DNA of 32,000 nucleotides from Crocosphaera subtropica ATCC 51142 (GTDB taxonomy: Bacteria; Cyanobacteriota; Cyanobacteriia; Cyanobacteriales; Microcystaceae). The notes under the pieces were generated by a model. That model did no database searches and was not told where the DNA came from. It saw only the letters and a program-made list of their open reading frames with translations. The DNA lies in NCBI RefSeq assembly GCF_000017845.1, contig NC_010546.1, forward strand, positions 4,170,001 to 4,202,000. The letters run 5' to 3'. Shown here piece after piece: positions 1-7,977 of this stretch. Both the position numbers and the translations under genes were made by a program. How positions within the stretch are numbered: position 1 is the stretch's first letter; the number at the start of each line of letters is the position of its first letter.

Positions 1-231
1 GACTTTTTTGCTCAAGGGGAATGGTTAGTCTTAAGCTTACACCGACTCTTAAGAACAATGCGTCCCTTACCTTACAGCATTTCTGATGTTTATGTAGAAA
101 ATACCGCCCAAGAACTGCTAAAACTTTATAAAGAAGATAAACTGTTTTCAATCGTTCCTTTTCAATTAGCTCATTCACCGATAAACGAGGATCGCTCTTA
201 TGCAACTTCAAAGCTCCAGCTACAAGCTTAA
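1..231 (+). CDS. 3' end of an unidentified CDS entering from upstream of the window (family not recognised)
   Basis: Frame +1 is open from base 1 to TAA at 229-231 (...FQLAHSPINEDRSYATSKLQLQA*). The last 32 nt overlap the ATG at 200 of the carrier-protein gene, which suggests one operon. It is absent from the ORF track because its start lies outside the window. Confidence 0.35.
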   Translation, partial: DFFAQGEWLVLSLHRLLRTMRPLPYSISDVYVENTAQELLKLYKEDKLFSIVPFQLAHSPINEDRSYATSKLQLQA

Positions 232-613
232 TAACCAAGCAACAGCAACTACCACGCCAGTCGAAACTGTCCAAAATTGGCTGATTAAGCAGTTAGCTGA
301 GCAGTTACGTCTTGACCCTGCTAGTATTAAACTCACCGAACCGTTTACCCGCTATGGCCTTGATTCTATTGATGCTGTGACCCTAGTAGGAGACTTAGAA
401 GACTGGTTAGACTTAGACCTTCCTGATACTTTATTTTGGGATCATCCCACTGTAGAAAAATCAGCCAAGTATCTTGAAGAAAATTATGATCTTGCTGATG
501 CAGTGAGTAATATTGAATCAGAAGAAACAGTAACCGAAACACCCATTAATGAAACTCAAGATAATAATAACGACAAAAAAGGATGGGGAAATCTTTTTGG
601 AAGATTCAAGTAA
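200..613 (+). CDS. Phosphopantetheine-binding carrier protein (ACP/PCP-like, DltC-like position) with an extra roughly 45-aa acidic/Asn-rich C-terminal tail
   Basis: Carries the carrier-domain signature ...FTRYGLDSIDAVTLVGDLEDWL...LFWDHPTVEKSAKYL with the Ser attachment site in GLDS. At 137 aa it is longer than a typical roughly 80-aa stand-alone carrier. Confidence 0.8.
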   Translation: MQLQSSSYKLNNQATATTTPVETVQNWLIKQLAEQLRLDPASIKLTEPFTRYGLDSIDAVTLVGDLEDWLDLDLPDTLFWDHPTVEKSAKYLEENYDLADAVSNIESEETVTETPINETQDNNNDKKGWGNLFGRFK

Positions 614-636
614 AAAATAAACCATAAAATATCAAT

Positions 637-676
637 AGGGTTAGCCAAGAAGAAAACTTGACTAACCCTAATTTTT
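637..676 (+). terminator. Candidate intrinsic terminator downstream of the carrier-protein gene
   Basis: AGGGTTAG (637-644) pairs with CTAACCCT (662-669). After one mismatch there are 4 further inner pairs (646-649 with 657-660) and a 7-nt loop. The hairpin is followed by AATTTTT (670-676) and lies 24 nt after the stop at 613. Confidence 0.4.
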
Positions 677-737
677 AATAGAACACTTCTCAAAATCAAA
701 CGTCTTAAACCCCCAATTATTTCATGGCAACAATGAC

Positions 738-754
738 AACTCCGAACTCAGGTT
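738..754 (-). repeat. Copy of a short dispersed intergenic motif (AACCTGAGTTCGG on the minus strand)
   Basis: The reverse complement of 742-754 is AACCTGAGTTCGG. Its first 12 nt are identical to 25205-25216 and its last 10 nt match 5253-5262. All copies lie in intergenic DNA. Confidence 0.4.
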
Positions 755-865
755 TATGAGCGACTGAAACGTGACTTGACCTGCTATAGTATTAAAAATT
801 CTATCTTCTGTTTCTCTAGAACTCAATAATTGGGTTTCATAGCTTAAATATAAATTATTATATGT

Positions 866-2323
866 ATGAATTACTCTGATTTTTCTTTTTGGTGGATTTT
901 AATTTTATTTAGCGTTCCCTTTTTTACGGTTCGTTATTTAGCGCAGTCAGCTAATCTATGGCGTGGAATTTTTGATAGTATTGGTCTATTAGCTTTATCG
1001 TTTCTGCTCTTTTTCCATGCAAGTCGCTCTAGCTTTGTTATTTTTGTCGCTGAGCTTATTTTTAACTATTTGATGGTGCAATGGATGTTGCGATCGCAAG
1101 GTTGGAAAGCAAAGATAATTGCCACTATTCTTATTGTTATTAATGTTTCTATTTTAGCCTATTTTAAATACTTAATTTTCTTTGTTGAGGACGTTATTGG
1201 TTTATTTATCAATGTACCCGAAAATTGGCAAGAATTATCCCCCATTCCTGTTAAAAATCGTATTCCTCCAGGAGTTTCATTTTATACCTTTCAGATGGTT
1301 GCTTTTGTAGTAGATTCTCTTAATGCCAGAAAAAAGAAACCTATTTCTTTTATTGATTATCTTAATTTTGTTGCTTTTTTCCCTCAAATTGTAGCAGGAC
1401 CGATTGAAAGAAGAAAAGATTTATTTCCTCAGATTGAATCTTTTCGTTTTAAATTTAAGGTAGAAAACTTTGAAACAGGGTTAAGATGGATTACTTTGGG
1501 TTTATTTATGAAGTTTGTTTTAGCGGATAATATTGCTCCTTATATTAATTTAGAAATTGCTGATAATGCTTGGACAGTTTGGTTTTTTGCTTTATTATTT
1601 ACCCTAAGAATTTACTTTGATTTTGCGGGTTATAGTTTTGTTGCTATCGGTATTGCCAGCTTTTTAGGGGTTAAATTAACGGTTAACTTTTTAGCCCCTT
1701 ATACCTCCCAAAGTATCAATGAATTTTGGCGACGTTGGCACATTACCCTAAGTACCTGGTTTAGAGATTATGTCTTTTTACCGTTAATGGGATCAAATAA
1801 AAAATGGGCAGCTTTTTACCTATTCTTAACTTTTACGTTATCAGGATTTTGGCATGGTGCTGCCTGGAATTTCATCATCTGGGGTGCTTATCACGGTGCA
1901 TTATTGTTAGTATTAAGGTATTTAGGTCGTCCTTTCTATGGCTTAGTCGGAAGTTATTTTCCTCGTCCTCAAATTGTCTCTTGGTTTTTAACCTTTGCCT
2001 CAGTAACCCTAGGTTGTCTTTTCTTTATGGAAACCAACAGTCGACGACTATTAACTAAATTAATCACATTAATAACTCCCGATGCTTATTCTTGGGAAAA
2101 TTTGCAAGCTGTGTTTGGATCGTATAGTATTAACGAAACATCGGCATTGCTGTTGGTTTTAGCCTTATCATTGTTTGTTCTGATTATGGAACATTTAGCA
2201 GTATGGCAAGGCAAATTTGAATATGATTTATTATTATCCCGTTGGTTGTCTCCTATTTTATTAGCTTTAACCATTTTATTAGCTGCTAATACACCATCTG
2301 AGTTTATTTATTTTGAGTTCTAA
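866..2323 (+). CDS. MBOAT family membrane-bound O-acyltransferase (AlgI/DltB-like)
   Basis: A 485-aa polytopic membrane protein with typical MBOAT blocks: FYTFQ, FPQIVAGPIERR, INEFWRRWHITLSTWFRDYVF, and the conserved His in GFWHGAAWNF. Confidence 0.9.
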   Translation: MNYSDFSFWWILILFSVPFFTVRYLAQSANLWRGIFDSIGLLALSFLLFFHASRSSFVIFVAELIFNYLMVQWMLRSQGWKAKIIATILIVINVSILAYFKYLIFFVEDVIGLFINVPENWQELSPIPVKNRIPPGVSFYTFQMVAFVVDSLNARKKKPISFIDYLNFVAFFPQIVAGPIERRKDLFPQIESFRFKFKVENFETGLRWITLGLFMKFVLADNIAPYINLEIADNAWTVWFFALLFTLRIYFDFAGYSFVAIGIASFLGVKLTVNFLAPYTSQSINEFWRRWHITLSTWFRDYVFLPLMGSNKKWAAFYLFLTFTLSGFWHGAAWNFIIWGAYHGALLLVLRYLGRPFYGLVGSYFPRPQIVSWFLTFASVTLGCLFFMETNSRRLLTKLITLITPDAYSWENLQAVFGSYSINETSALLLVLALSLFVLIMEHLAVWQGKFEYDLLLSRWLSPILLALTILLAANTPSEFIYFEF

Positions 2324-3573
2324 TGAATACTAACAATTCTATTAATATCTGTGTGTTAGGAGGAGGATTTAGCGGTTTATATACGGCTTTATATCTCAGT
2401 AACTATCCTCAAGTCAAATTAGGTCAATGGAAAATCACCTTAGTAGAACGTAATGACAACTTTTTATTTACTCCCTTATTATATGAATTAATTACGGGAG
2501 AATTGCAACGGTGGGAAATTGCTCCAACGTATCAAAAATTATTAGCAGGAACCTCCATTAAATTTTGTCAACATATTGTTAAAAAAATTGACTTAGAGAA
2601 TCGTCAGGTTAAACTCGATAATGATAATAGTTTAAGTTACGATTATTTGGTTTTAGGATTAGGGACTCAAAACCGTTGGGTGGATATTCCAGGGTTAAAA
2701 ACCCATGCGTTAACCTTTAGAACCTTACGAGATTTAGAACAATTACAAGCTAAAATACACTACTTAGAAACCTTAGATAGAAAGCATCTCAGAGTCGCTA
2801 TTATTGGCGGTGGACCCAATGGGGTAGAATTATCTTGTAAGTTAGCTGATCGGTTAGAAAAACGAGCAGAAGTGTTATTAATTGATCGAGGTAATCAAAT
2901 CTTAAAAGGGTTATCTAATGGCATTCGTAAGGCTTCTTATCGTGCGCTAGGTTCCCGTGGGGTTCAATTATATTTAAACACAAATGTTGAAGAAATTGAA
3001 AAAACTTCTATTACTATAAATCACGGTGAACATAGTATTAATGTTCCAGTAGATATGGTTATCTGGGTGGCTGGAACTGAGTCAAAACCCTTAATTCAAT
3101 CTTTAAACTGTCAACAAACTAGCTCAGGGAGATTATTAACTAACTCTCGGTTACAATTAATTGATTATCCTGAAGTCTTTGCATTAGGTGATCTAGCACA
3201 AATAAGTAATAAAAAGAAATCCCTTCCGACTACGGCACAAGTTGCTTATCAACAGGCAAGTTGTGCGGCTAAAAATATCGCTGCTATTATCGAAAGAAAA
3301 CCATTAAAATCTTTTAATTATCTTCATTTAGGGGATATGTTAACATTAGGAAGAAGAACCGCTATTATCTCTAGTTATGGGATTAATATTAATGGACAAA
3401 TAGGGGGTATGCTGAGACGGTTAGCTTATATTTTCCGTTTGCCAACCATGCGCCATCGTCTTCAAGTTTTAAGGAATTTTGTACAAAAAATAGGGTTAAA
3501 AATTAGTCGTTTTTTTCAGGAAATCATAACTAATTTATTAGGTCAAAAATCATCTAGAAAATACTCAAAATAA
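2323..3573 (+). CDS. Type II NADH dehydrogenase-like FAD/NAD(P)-dependent oxidoreductase (NDH-2 family)
   Basis: Has two Rossmann GxGxxG motifs (ICVLGGGFSGLY and VAIIGGGPNGVE) and the GD motif FALGDLA. Length and layout are typical of NDH-2. The start ATG overlaps the MBOAT stop (TAATG at 2321-2325). Confidence 0.85.
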   Translation: MNTNNSINICVLGGGFSGLYTALYLSNYPQVKLGQWKITLVERNDNFLFTPLLYELITGELQRWEIAPTYQKLLAGTSIKFCQHIVKKIDLENRQVKLDNDNSLSYDYLVLGLGTQNRWVDIPGLKTHALTFRTLRDLEQLQAKIHYLETLDRKHLRVAIIGGGPNGVELSCKLADRLEKRAEVLLIDRGNQILKGLSNGIRKASYRALGSRGVQLYLNTNVEEIEKTSITINHGEHSINVPVDMVIWVAGTESKPLIQSLNCQQTSSGRLLTNSRLQLIDYPEVFALGDLAQISNKKKSLPTTAQVAYQQASCAAKNIAAIIERKPLKSFNYLHLGDMLTLGRRTAIISSYGININGQIGGMLRRLAYIFRLPTMRHRLQVLRNFVQKIGLKISRFFQEIITNLLGQKSSRKYSK

Positions 3574-3619
3574 TAAGTTAAGATAAAATCCAAATTGGAA
3601 AGCAAATGACTTAAAATCC

Positions 3620-5242
3620 ATGGGAATATTTTATCTTTTAACCAATAATATCGCCATCTCTCCAATAGAAGAGTCCCTGGCCACCACAGGGGGATTTACA
3701 GGGTTGGTAAGCACCTTAATTATCCTCTTATTAGTGGCGACTGCGGTAGCCTTAATTACCCGTTGGCTAAAAATTCCTTATGTGATTGGTCTTGTCTTAG
3801 CAGGTTTAGTGATTACCAAACAAGCATTACCCGGATCTGTGGGTTTAAATCCTGATGTTATTTTGAATTTATTTCTACCTATTTTAATTTTTGAGGCAGC
3901 GATTAATACCGATATTAGTCGTTTACGCAGTACCATCAAACCCATTCTTTTATTAGCAGGGCCAGGAGTTATTCTATCTGCAGCCATCACTGCTACTTTA
4001 CTGAAATTTGGGCTTGATCTCGTTTGGATTACGGCTTGTGCCGTTGGTGTCATTTTAACCATTACGGACACAGTTTCAGTGATCGCTGCCTTTAGAACAG
4101 TAACCGTTCCTGGACGACTGGCTACTATTGTAGAAGGAGAAAGTCTCTTTAATGATGGGATCGCCTTAGTATTACTAACCCTAATCACTACTATCCATAC
4201 CGAGGGGTCATTTTCCGTTGCGGAGGGATTAGAACAAGTTTTTATTGCTTTTGTTGGGGGTACCATTCTTGGAGTGGGACTTGGCTATCTGTGTGTGGGA
4301 CTATTTCAACAGTTAGATGATGCCTTAAGTGACATTTTATTGACCGTTGCGGTTTCGTTGGGAACCTTTCAAATTGGTCAATTTTTGGGGGTTTCTAGTG
4401 CGATCGCAGTAATGGTAGCTGGATTAGTGATAGGGAATTTAGGATTTCGTCAAACTTCGGCCACTGCCAAAGTAACACTGCTAAATTTTTGGGAATATGC
4501 GGGATTTGGGGTAAATACCTTTATTTTTTTGCTGGTGGGGATTGAAACTGATCCCATTGTTCTTTTAACAACCATTCCCGATACCCTTTTGACTATTGTG
4601 GTTTATCAGATCGGACGAGTTTGTGCTATTTATCCCTTACTCTTTTTCTTGGGTTTCGTTGATCGTCGTTTACCGTTGCGTTGGCAGCACGTTTTAATTT
4701 TAGGTAATGTTAAAGGGTCCCTTTCTATGGCTCTTGCCCTAAGCTTACCTTATACTTTACCAGGACGAACGGAAGTCATTACTTTGGTCTTTAGTACGGT
4801 TTTTGTTTCTTTGGTGGGGCAAGGACTCAGTTTACCCTGGTTTGTGAAACGTTTACAGTTGTCTCGACTGTCTCCAACGAAACAAGAGATGGAAACCTTA
4901 CAATTAAATCTAATCGCATCTAAAGCAGCCCAACAAGAGTTAGGAAGTCTTTTGAAGTCGGGTAGTTTACCAAAATCCCTCTATGAAGAACTATTTGCCA
5001 CCTACCAAGCTAAAGTAGCGGTGTCAGAACAAAAATTACGCAATCTCTATCATTCTCCTCTCATTGATGAGTCAGATAATATAGGGGAAAATGGGTATTT
5101 AGATGGCCTCCGTCGTCGCCTTTATTTAGCAGAAAAAGGCGCAGTTAATGATGCTGTTCGGAAAGGACTACTTTCAGATGAATTGGCTCAATGTTATATT
5201 AAGTCACTCAACGAAAAACTATTATCCCTCAAGGATGATTAA
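3620..5242 (+). CDS. Na+/H+ antiporter, CPA1 (NhaP-type) family with a C-terminal cytoplasmic domain
   Basis: A 540-aa protein with about 11-12 hydrophobic segments and CPA1-like blocks (LFLPILIFEAA, ITDTVSV, ESLFNDGIALV). A soluble tail of about 130 aa follows. Confidence 0.85.
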   Translation: MGIFYLLTNNIAISPIEESLATTGGFTGLVSTLIILLLVATAVALITRWLKIPYVIGLVLAGLVITKQALPGSVGLNPDVILNLFLPILIFEAAINTDISRLRSTIKPILLLAGPGVILSAAITATLLKFGLDLVWITACAVGVILTITDTVSVIAAFRTVTVPGRLATIVEGESLFNDGIALVLLTLITTIHTEGSFSVAEGLEQVFIAFVGGTILGVGLGYLCVGLFQQLDDALSDILLTVAVSLGTFQIGQFLGVSSAIAVMVAGLVIGNLGFRQTSATAKVTLLNFWEYAGFGVNTFIFLLVGIETDPIVLLTTIPDTLLTIVVYQIGRVCAIYPLLFFLGFVDRRLPLRWQHVLILGNVKGSLSMALALSLPYTLPGRTEVITLVFSTVFVSLVGQGLSLPWFVKRLQLSRLSPTKQEMETLQLNLIASKAAQQELGSLLKSGSLPKSLYEELFATYQAKVAVSEQKLRNLYHSPLIDESDNIGENGYLDGLRRRLYLAEKGAVNDAVRKGLLSDELAQCYIKSLNEKLLSLKDD

Positions 5243-5252
5243 ATGGCGTGAT

Positions 5253-5262
5253 CTGAGTTCGG
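5253..5262 (+). repeat. Copy of the short dispersed intergenic motif CTGAGTTCGG
   Basis: This 10-mer is identical to the core of the copies at 742-754 (reverse complement) and matches 25207-25216 for 9 of its 10 nt. It lies in the intergenic space after the antiporter gene. Confidence 0.35.
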
Positions 5263-5339
5263 ATTAAGAAAAAGAGATGATAATAAGTGAGGAGACTAAC
5301 CCCTCAATTATTAGAAAAACCCTTGAATCAGAGGTAAAA

Positions 5340-5924
5340 ATGGCTGTTGCGATCGCTAAATCCATAACTGTCGAAGAATACTTAGCACGGGAAGAAGCTG
5401 CCCAAGAGAAAAGCGAATTTATTAATGGGGAAATGATTAAAATGGCGGGAGCTTCTGCAAATCACAATCTTTTAACGGGTAAACTTCATGCTCGGTTGTT
5501 ATTAGCATTAGAAGACGTGGATTATACGGTGTTTATGAGTGATATGAAACTTTGGCCGCCCCATTTTCAGAACTACTTTTATCCTGATGTCATGGTAATT
5601 AAGGGTGAACCTTGCTTTACCGATGCCAAACAAACCGCAGTCACTAATCCTTGTTTAATCGCAGAAATATTATCGGTTTCAACGGAAGGATTTGATAAGA
5701 ATCAGAAATTTACTTTTTATCGCACGATTCCTGAGTTGCAAGAATATCTGTTAATTGATCAGTGTGCTTATCGGGTGGAATTATATCGTAAAGTCGGCGA
5801 TCGTCAATGGTTATTAACGGAATTTATTGGTCAAGAAGAAGTTTTTACTTTACAATCGGTAGCAGTAGAAATTACACTTGCAGATTTATATAAACGAGTC
5901 AACTTTATCGGAAAGGAGCAATAA
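5340..5924 (+). CDS. Uma2 family (DUF820) PD-(D/E)xK-fold putative endonuclease
   Basis: The N-terminus ...ITVEEYLAREEAAQEKSEFINGEMI, the PDVMV...AEILSVST block and YRTIPELQEYLLIDQ are typical of the cyanobacterially expanded Uma2 family. I prefer the ATG at 5340, which is preceded by GAGG, over the track start at 5277. Confidence 0.8.
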   Translation: MAVAIAKSITVEEYLAREEAAQEKSEFINGEMIKMAGASANHNLLTGKLHARLLLALEDVDYTVFMSDMKLWPPHFQNYFYPDVMVIKGEPCFTDAKQTAVTNPCLIAEILSVSTEGFDKNQKFTFYRTIPELQEYLLIDQCAYRVELYRKVGDRQWLLTEFIGQEEVFTLQSVAVEITLADLYKRVNFIGKEQ

Positions 5925-6013
5925 TTATGCCATTAAATCCTAAAATTATCGCCAAAATTTGTGGGATTTAGCATACTAACGACGCAAAACCCATAATCTT
6001 AGGAGTTTAACCC

Positions 6014-6427
6014 ATGAAACGAATGTTAAAAACACAAACTTACCAGACAGATTACTATCAATGGACGATAGAGCAAGTCCAAGCTTTAAGAGAGCGAAAT
6101 TTAGACAATTTAGACTGGGAAAATATTATTGAGGAAATTGAATCTTTGGGACGTAGTGACTACAATGCTGTGTCTAGTCTTCTGATGAGAGAGATCGAAC
6201 ATCGCCTCAAAATTGACTATCCTCCTTTAGAGGAATGCTATAAAAAATCGCAAGTCGAAATACAAGCTTTCAAAATCGGGATCAAACGAAAGATTTCACC
6301 CAGTATGAAACCCAAACTCCAACAAGACTTAGATGAAATTTATCAAGATGCTGTTAGTTTAGTTACCTTGGAATACGGTATTAAATTACCTGATCAATGC
6401 CCCTACATTTTAGACGAATTGTTGTAG
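6014..6427 (+). CDS. DUF29 domain-containing protein
   Basis: The N-terminus YQTDYYQWTIEQVQALRERNLDNLDWENIIEEIESLGRSD is the hallmark of the cyanobacterial DUF29 family. Confidence 0.8.
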   Translation: MKRMLKTQTYQTDYYQWTIEQVQALRERNLDNLDWENIIEEIESLGRSDYNAVSSLLMREIEHRLKIDYPPLEECYKKSQVEIQAFKIGIKRKISPSMKPKLQQDLDEIYQDAVSLVTLEYGIKLPDQCPYILDELL

Positions 6428-6440
6428 AAGCTAAACCCAT

Positions 6441-7118
6441 TCAAGAACATAACCCCATAAAATCAATGAGTTGCTTAACGAGATCGGGTTTGGTGACGGC
6501 TAACATGGTCGAGCCAGTCTCTAGAATAGTGCTACCATTAGGGATGGTTAAATCTTCATGGGGATGGGCTTGATACCCAATAATTAAAGTTCCTACTGGA
6601 AACTGAGGATCTTTAGCAAGTTCAGCAATGGTACGTCCTGCAAGATAACACCCGTGGGGAACAGACAGTTTTAAAACTTCAATCTGTCCCTGTTCAAAGT
6701 GCATCATGGCTTCTACCTGAGGATATTCAATGGCGTTAATCACACGATTAATGGCTAGTTCTGTTGTACTGATTATATGAGTTGCACCGGCTAATTGATA
6801 GGGTTCAAGAAAATCGCGATCGCGCATCCGTACAATTATCTGCTGTACCCCATAATGTTTGGCTAAAGTTACCATGGCTAAGTTGAGAGCATCTTCTCGA
6901 AGGGCTGCAATCATTGCATCAGCTTTCCGAATGCCGGCTTCTAGTAATATATTAGTATTAACTGCACTGCCTTCAAAAGCCATGACACCGATTTTCTCGC
7001 GAGCATACTGACAAGCAAGAGTGTCTGTGTCTACAACAGCGATGGTATGGCCCATGTTCAACAAAGTTTTTGCTGAATCTAAGCCCATCATTCCTGCACC
7101 ACCAATGAGAATATACAT
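6441..7118 (-). CDS. TrkA/KtrA-like K+ transport regulatory protein (RCK: TrkA-N plus TrkA-C)
   Basis: The N-terminal Rossmann motif is MYILIGGAGMMG. The 225-aa length and C-terminal TrkA-C-like segment (RTIAEL...PNGSTILETGSTMLAV) fit the family. Confidence 0.85.
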   Translation of the reverse strand: MYILIGGAGMMGLDSAKTLLNMGHTIAVVDTDTLACQYAREKIGVMAFEGSAVNTNILLEAGIRKADAMIAALREDALNLAMVTLAKHYGVQQIIVRMRDRDFLEPYQLAGATHIISTTELAINRVINAIEYPQVEAMMHFEQGQIEVLKLSVPHGCYLAGRTIAELAKDPQFPVGTLIIGYQAHPHEDLTIPNGSTILETGSTMLAVTKPDLVKQLIDFMGLCS

Positions 7119-7222
7119 GGTTATTGCTAATTTTTTCTATAGAGTAGAGTTTCCATCAGAGATTACACTTAATCATAAAGATTACCTTTACAGTCATAAT
7201 ATTATCAAAATATCGAAGATCA

Positions 7223-7765
7223 ATGATTCAAACTGCTAAACTTTCGGTTACAGAGTATGAAACAATTGTCGAAACGGGAATTTTTAGTGATCGCCGTATT
7301 GAATTAATTGAAGGAAACTTAATCGAAGTGAGCCCAGAAACCCCGTACCATGCTAACTGTAATAACAAACTCTATAAATATTTTCTGACCTTATTTAATA
7401 GTTTAGCAGATGTGCGATCGGCTCATCCCATTAGTCTTATTAACTCGGAACCACAACCGGATTTAGTATTAGCAAAACTTCCTGATAGCTTATATGACAA
7501 CAAACATCCCGAACCAGAAGATATCTATTTATTAATTGAAATTTCCTATTCAACCTTAAGCTATGATTTAAACGAAAAAAAAAGAGTTTATGCTAAGTCA
7601 AATATTCAAGAATATTGGATAATTGATCTTGAAAATTATCGCTTAATTATCTTTAAGTCTCCTCATGGAGACGACTATCAAAATCAACTTGAATTAAAAA
7701 CAGGTTTTGTTTTCTGTTTAGCTTTTCCTGATGTTACTATAGAAGTGAATAAACTAATTAATTAA
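7223..7765 (+). CDS. Uma2 family (DUF820) putative endonuclease, second and divergent copy
   Basis: Shows LSVTEYETIVETGIF...RIELIEGNLIEVSPE, PDLVL and LLIEISYSTLSYDL...YAKSNIQEYWIIDL, giving PD...E-x-S motif spacing like Uma2. Confidence 0.8.
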   Translation: MIQTAKLSVTEYETIVETGIFSDRRIELIEGNLIEVSPETPYHANCNNKLYKYFLTLFNSLADVRSAHPISLINSEPQPDLVLAKLPDSLYDNKHPEPEDIYLLIEISYSTLSYDLNEKKRVYAKSNIQEYWIIDLENYRLIIFKSPHGDDYQNQLELKTGFVFCLAFPDVTIEVNKLIN

Positions 7766-7798
7766 ACTTCGAGATTTTGAGAGTTTCTTCTTATTCAC

Positions 7799-7900
7799 AT
7801 GAACACTATAACCCTGAATGTTAAACCCGTTCAACTGACGGATGAAGAGTTTTATCAACTTTGCCAAGTGAATGAAGCATGGCGATTTGATAACTATTAA
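7799..7900 (+). pseudogene. Probable truncated remnant of a third Uma2-family gene (33 codons)
   Basis: The translation is MNTITLNVKPVQLTDEEFYQLCQVNEAWRFDNY*. The ...QLTDEEFYQLCQ.N...RF... pattern resembles the N-terminus of many Uma2 proteins. The frame stops after 33 codons, so the nuclease core is missing. Confidence 0.4.
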
Positions 7901-7911
7901 CTTAAAAATTA

Positions 7912-7945
7912 AGGCGATCGCTTTTTACCAAAGAAGCGATCGCCT
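7912..7945. terminator. Perfect 12-bp hairpin built from two HIP1 sites; candidate bidirectional terminator
   Basis: AGGCGATCGCTT (7912-7923) is the exact reverse complement of AAGCGATCGCCT (7934-7945), with a 10-nt loop. It sits between the convergent Uma2 remnant (+) and the kinase gene (-, stop at 7978). There is no clear U-tract. Confidence 0.45.
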
Positions 7946-7977
7946 CTATCCAATATCCAAAATCAAAGGGTTAAAAA

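Noticed and set aside
1804-2274. Two small ORFs (84 aa on the plus strand, 62 aa on the minus strand) inside the MBOAT gene.
   Set aside because: They are alternative-frame or antisense ORFs within a CDS that has clear family motifs. Neither has an independent signal.
3778-4266. A 162-aa ORF on the minus strand.
   Set aside because: It is completely nested antisense inside the well-supported Na+/H+ antiporter CDS. Its translation is low-complexity (Thr/Ser/Pro/Ala-rich) with no motif. This is a typical shadow ORF.
5277-5339. N-terminal extensions in the ORF track at 5277 (Uma2), 21915 (ygfZ), 25367 (amidase, TTG) and 31286 (hslO).
   Set aside because: Downstream in-frame ATGs (5340, 21951, 25418, 31226) give N-termini matching the family consensus. 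They also avoid overlap with neighbouring genes and avoid rare start codons. The longer forms are probably artefacts of longest-ORF calling.
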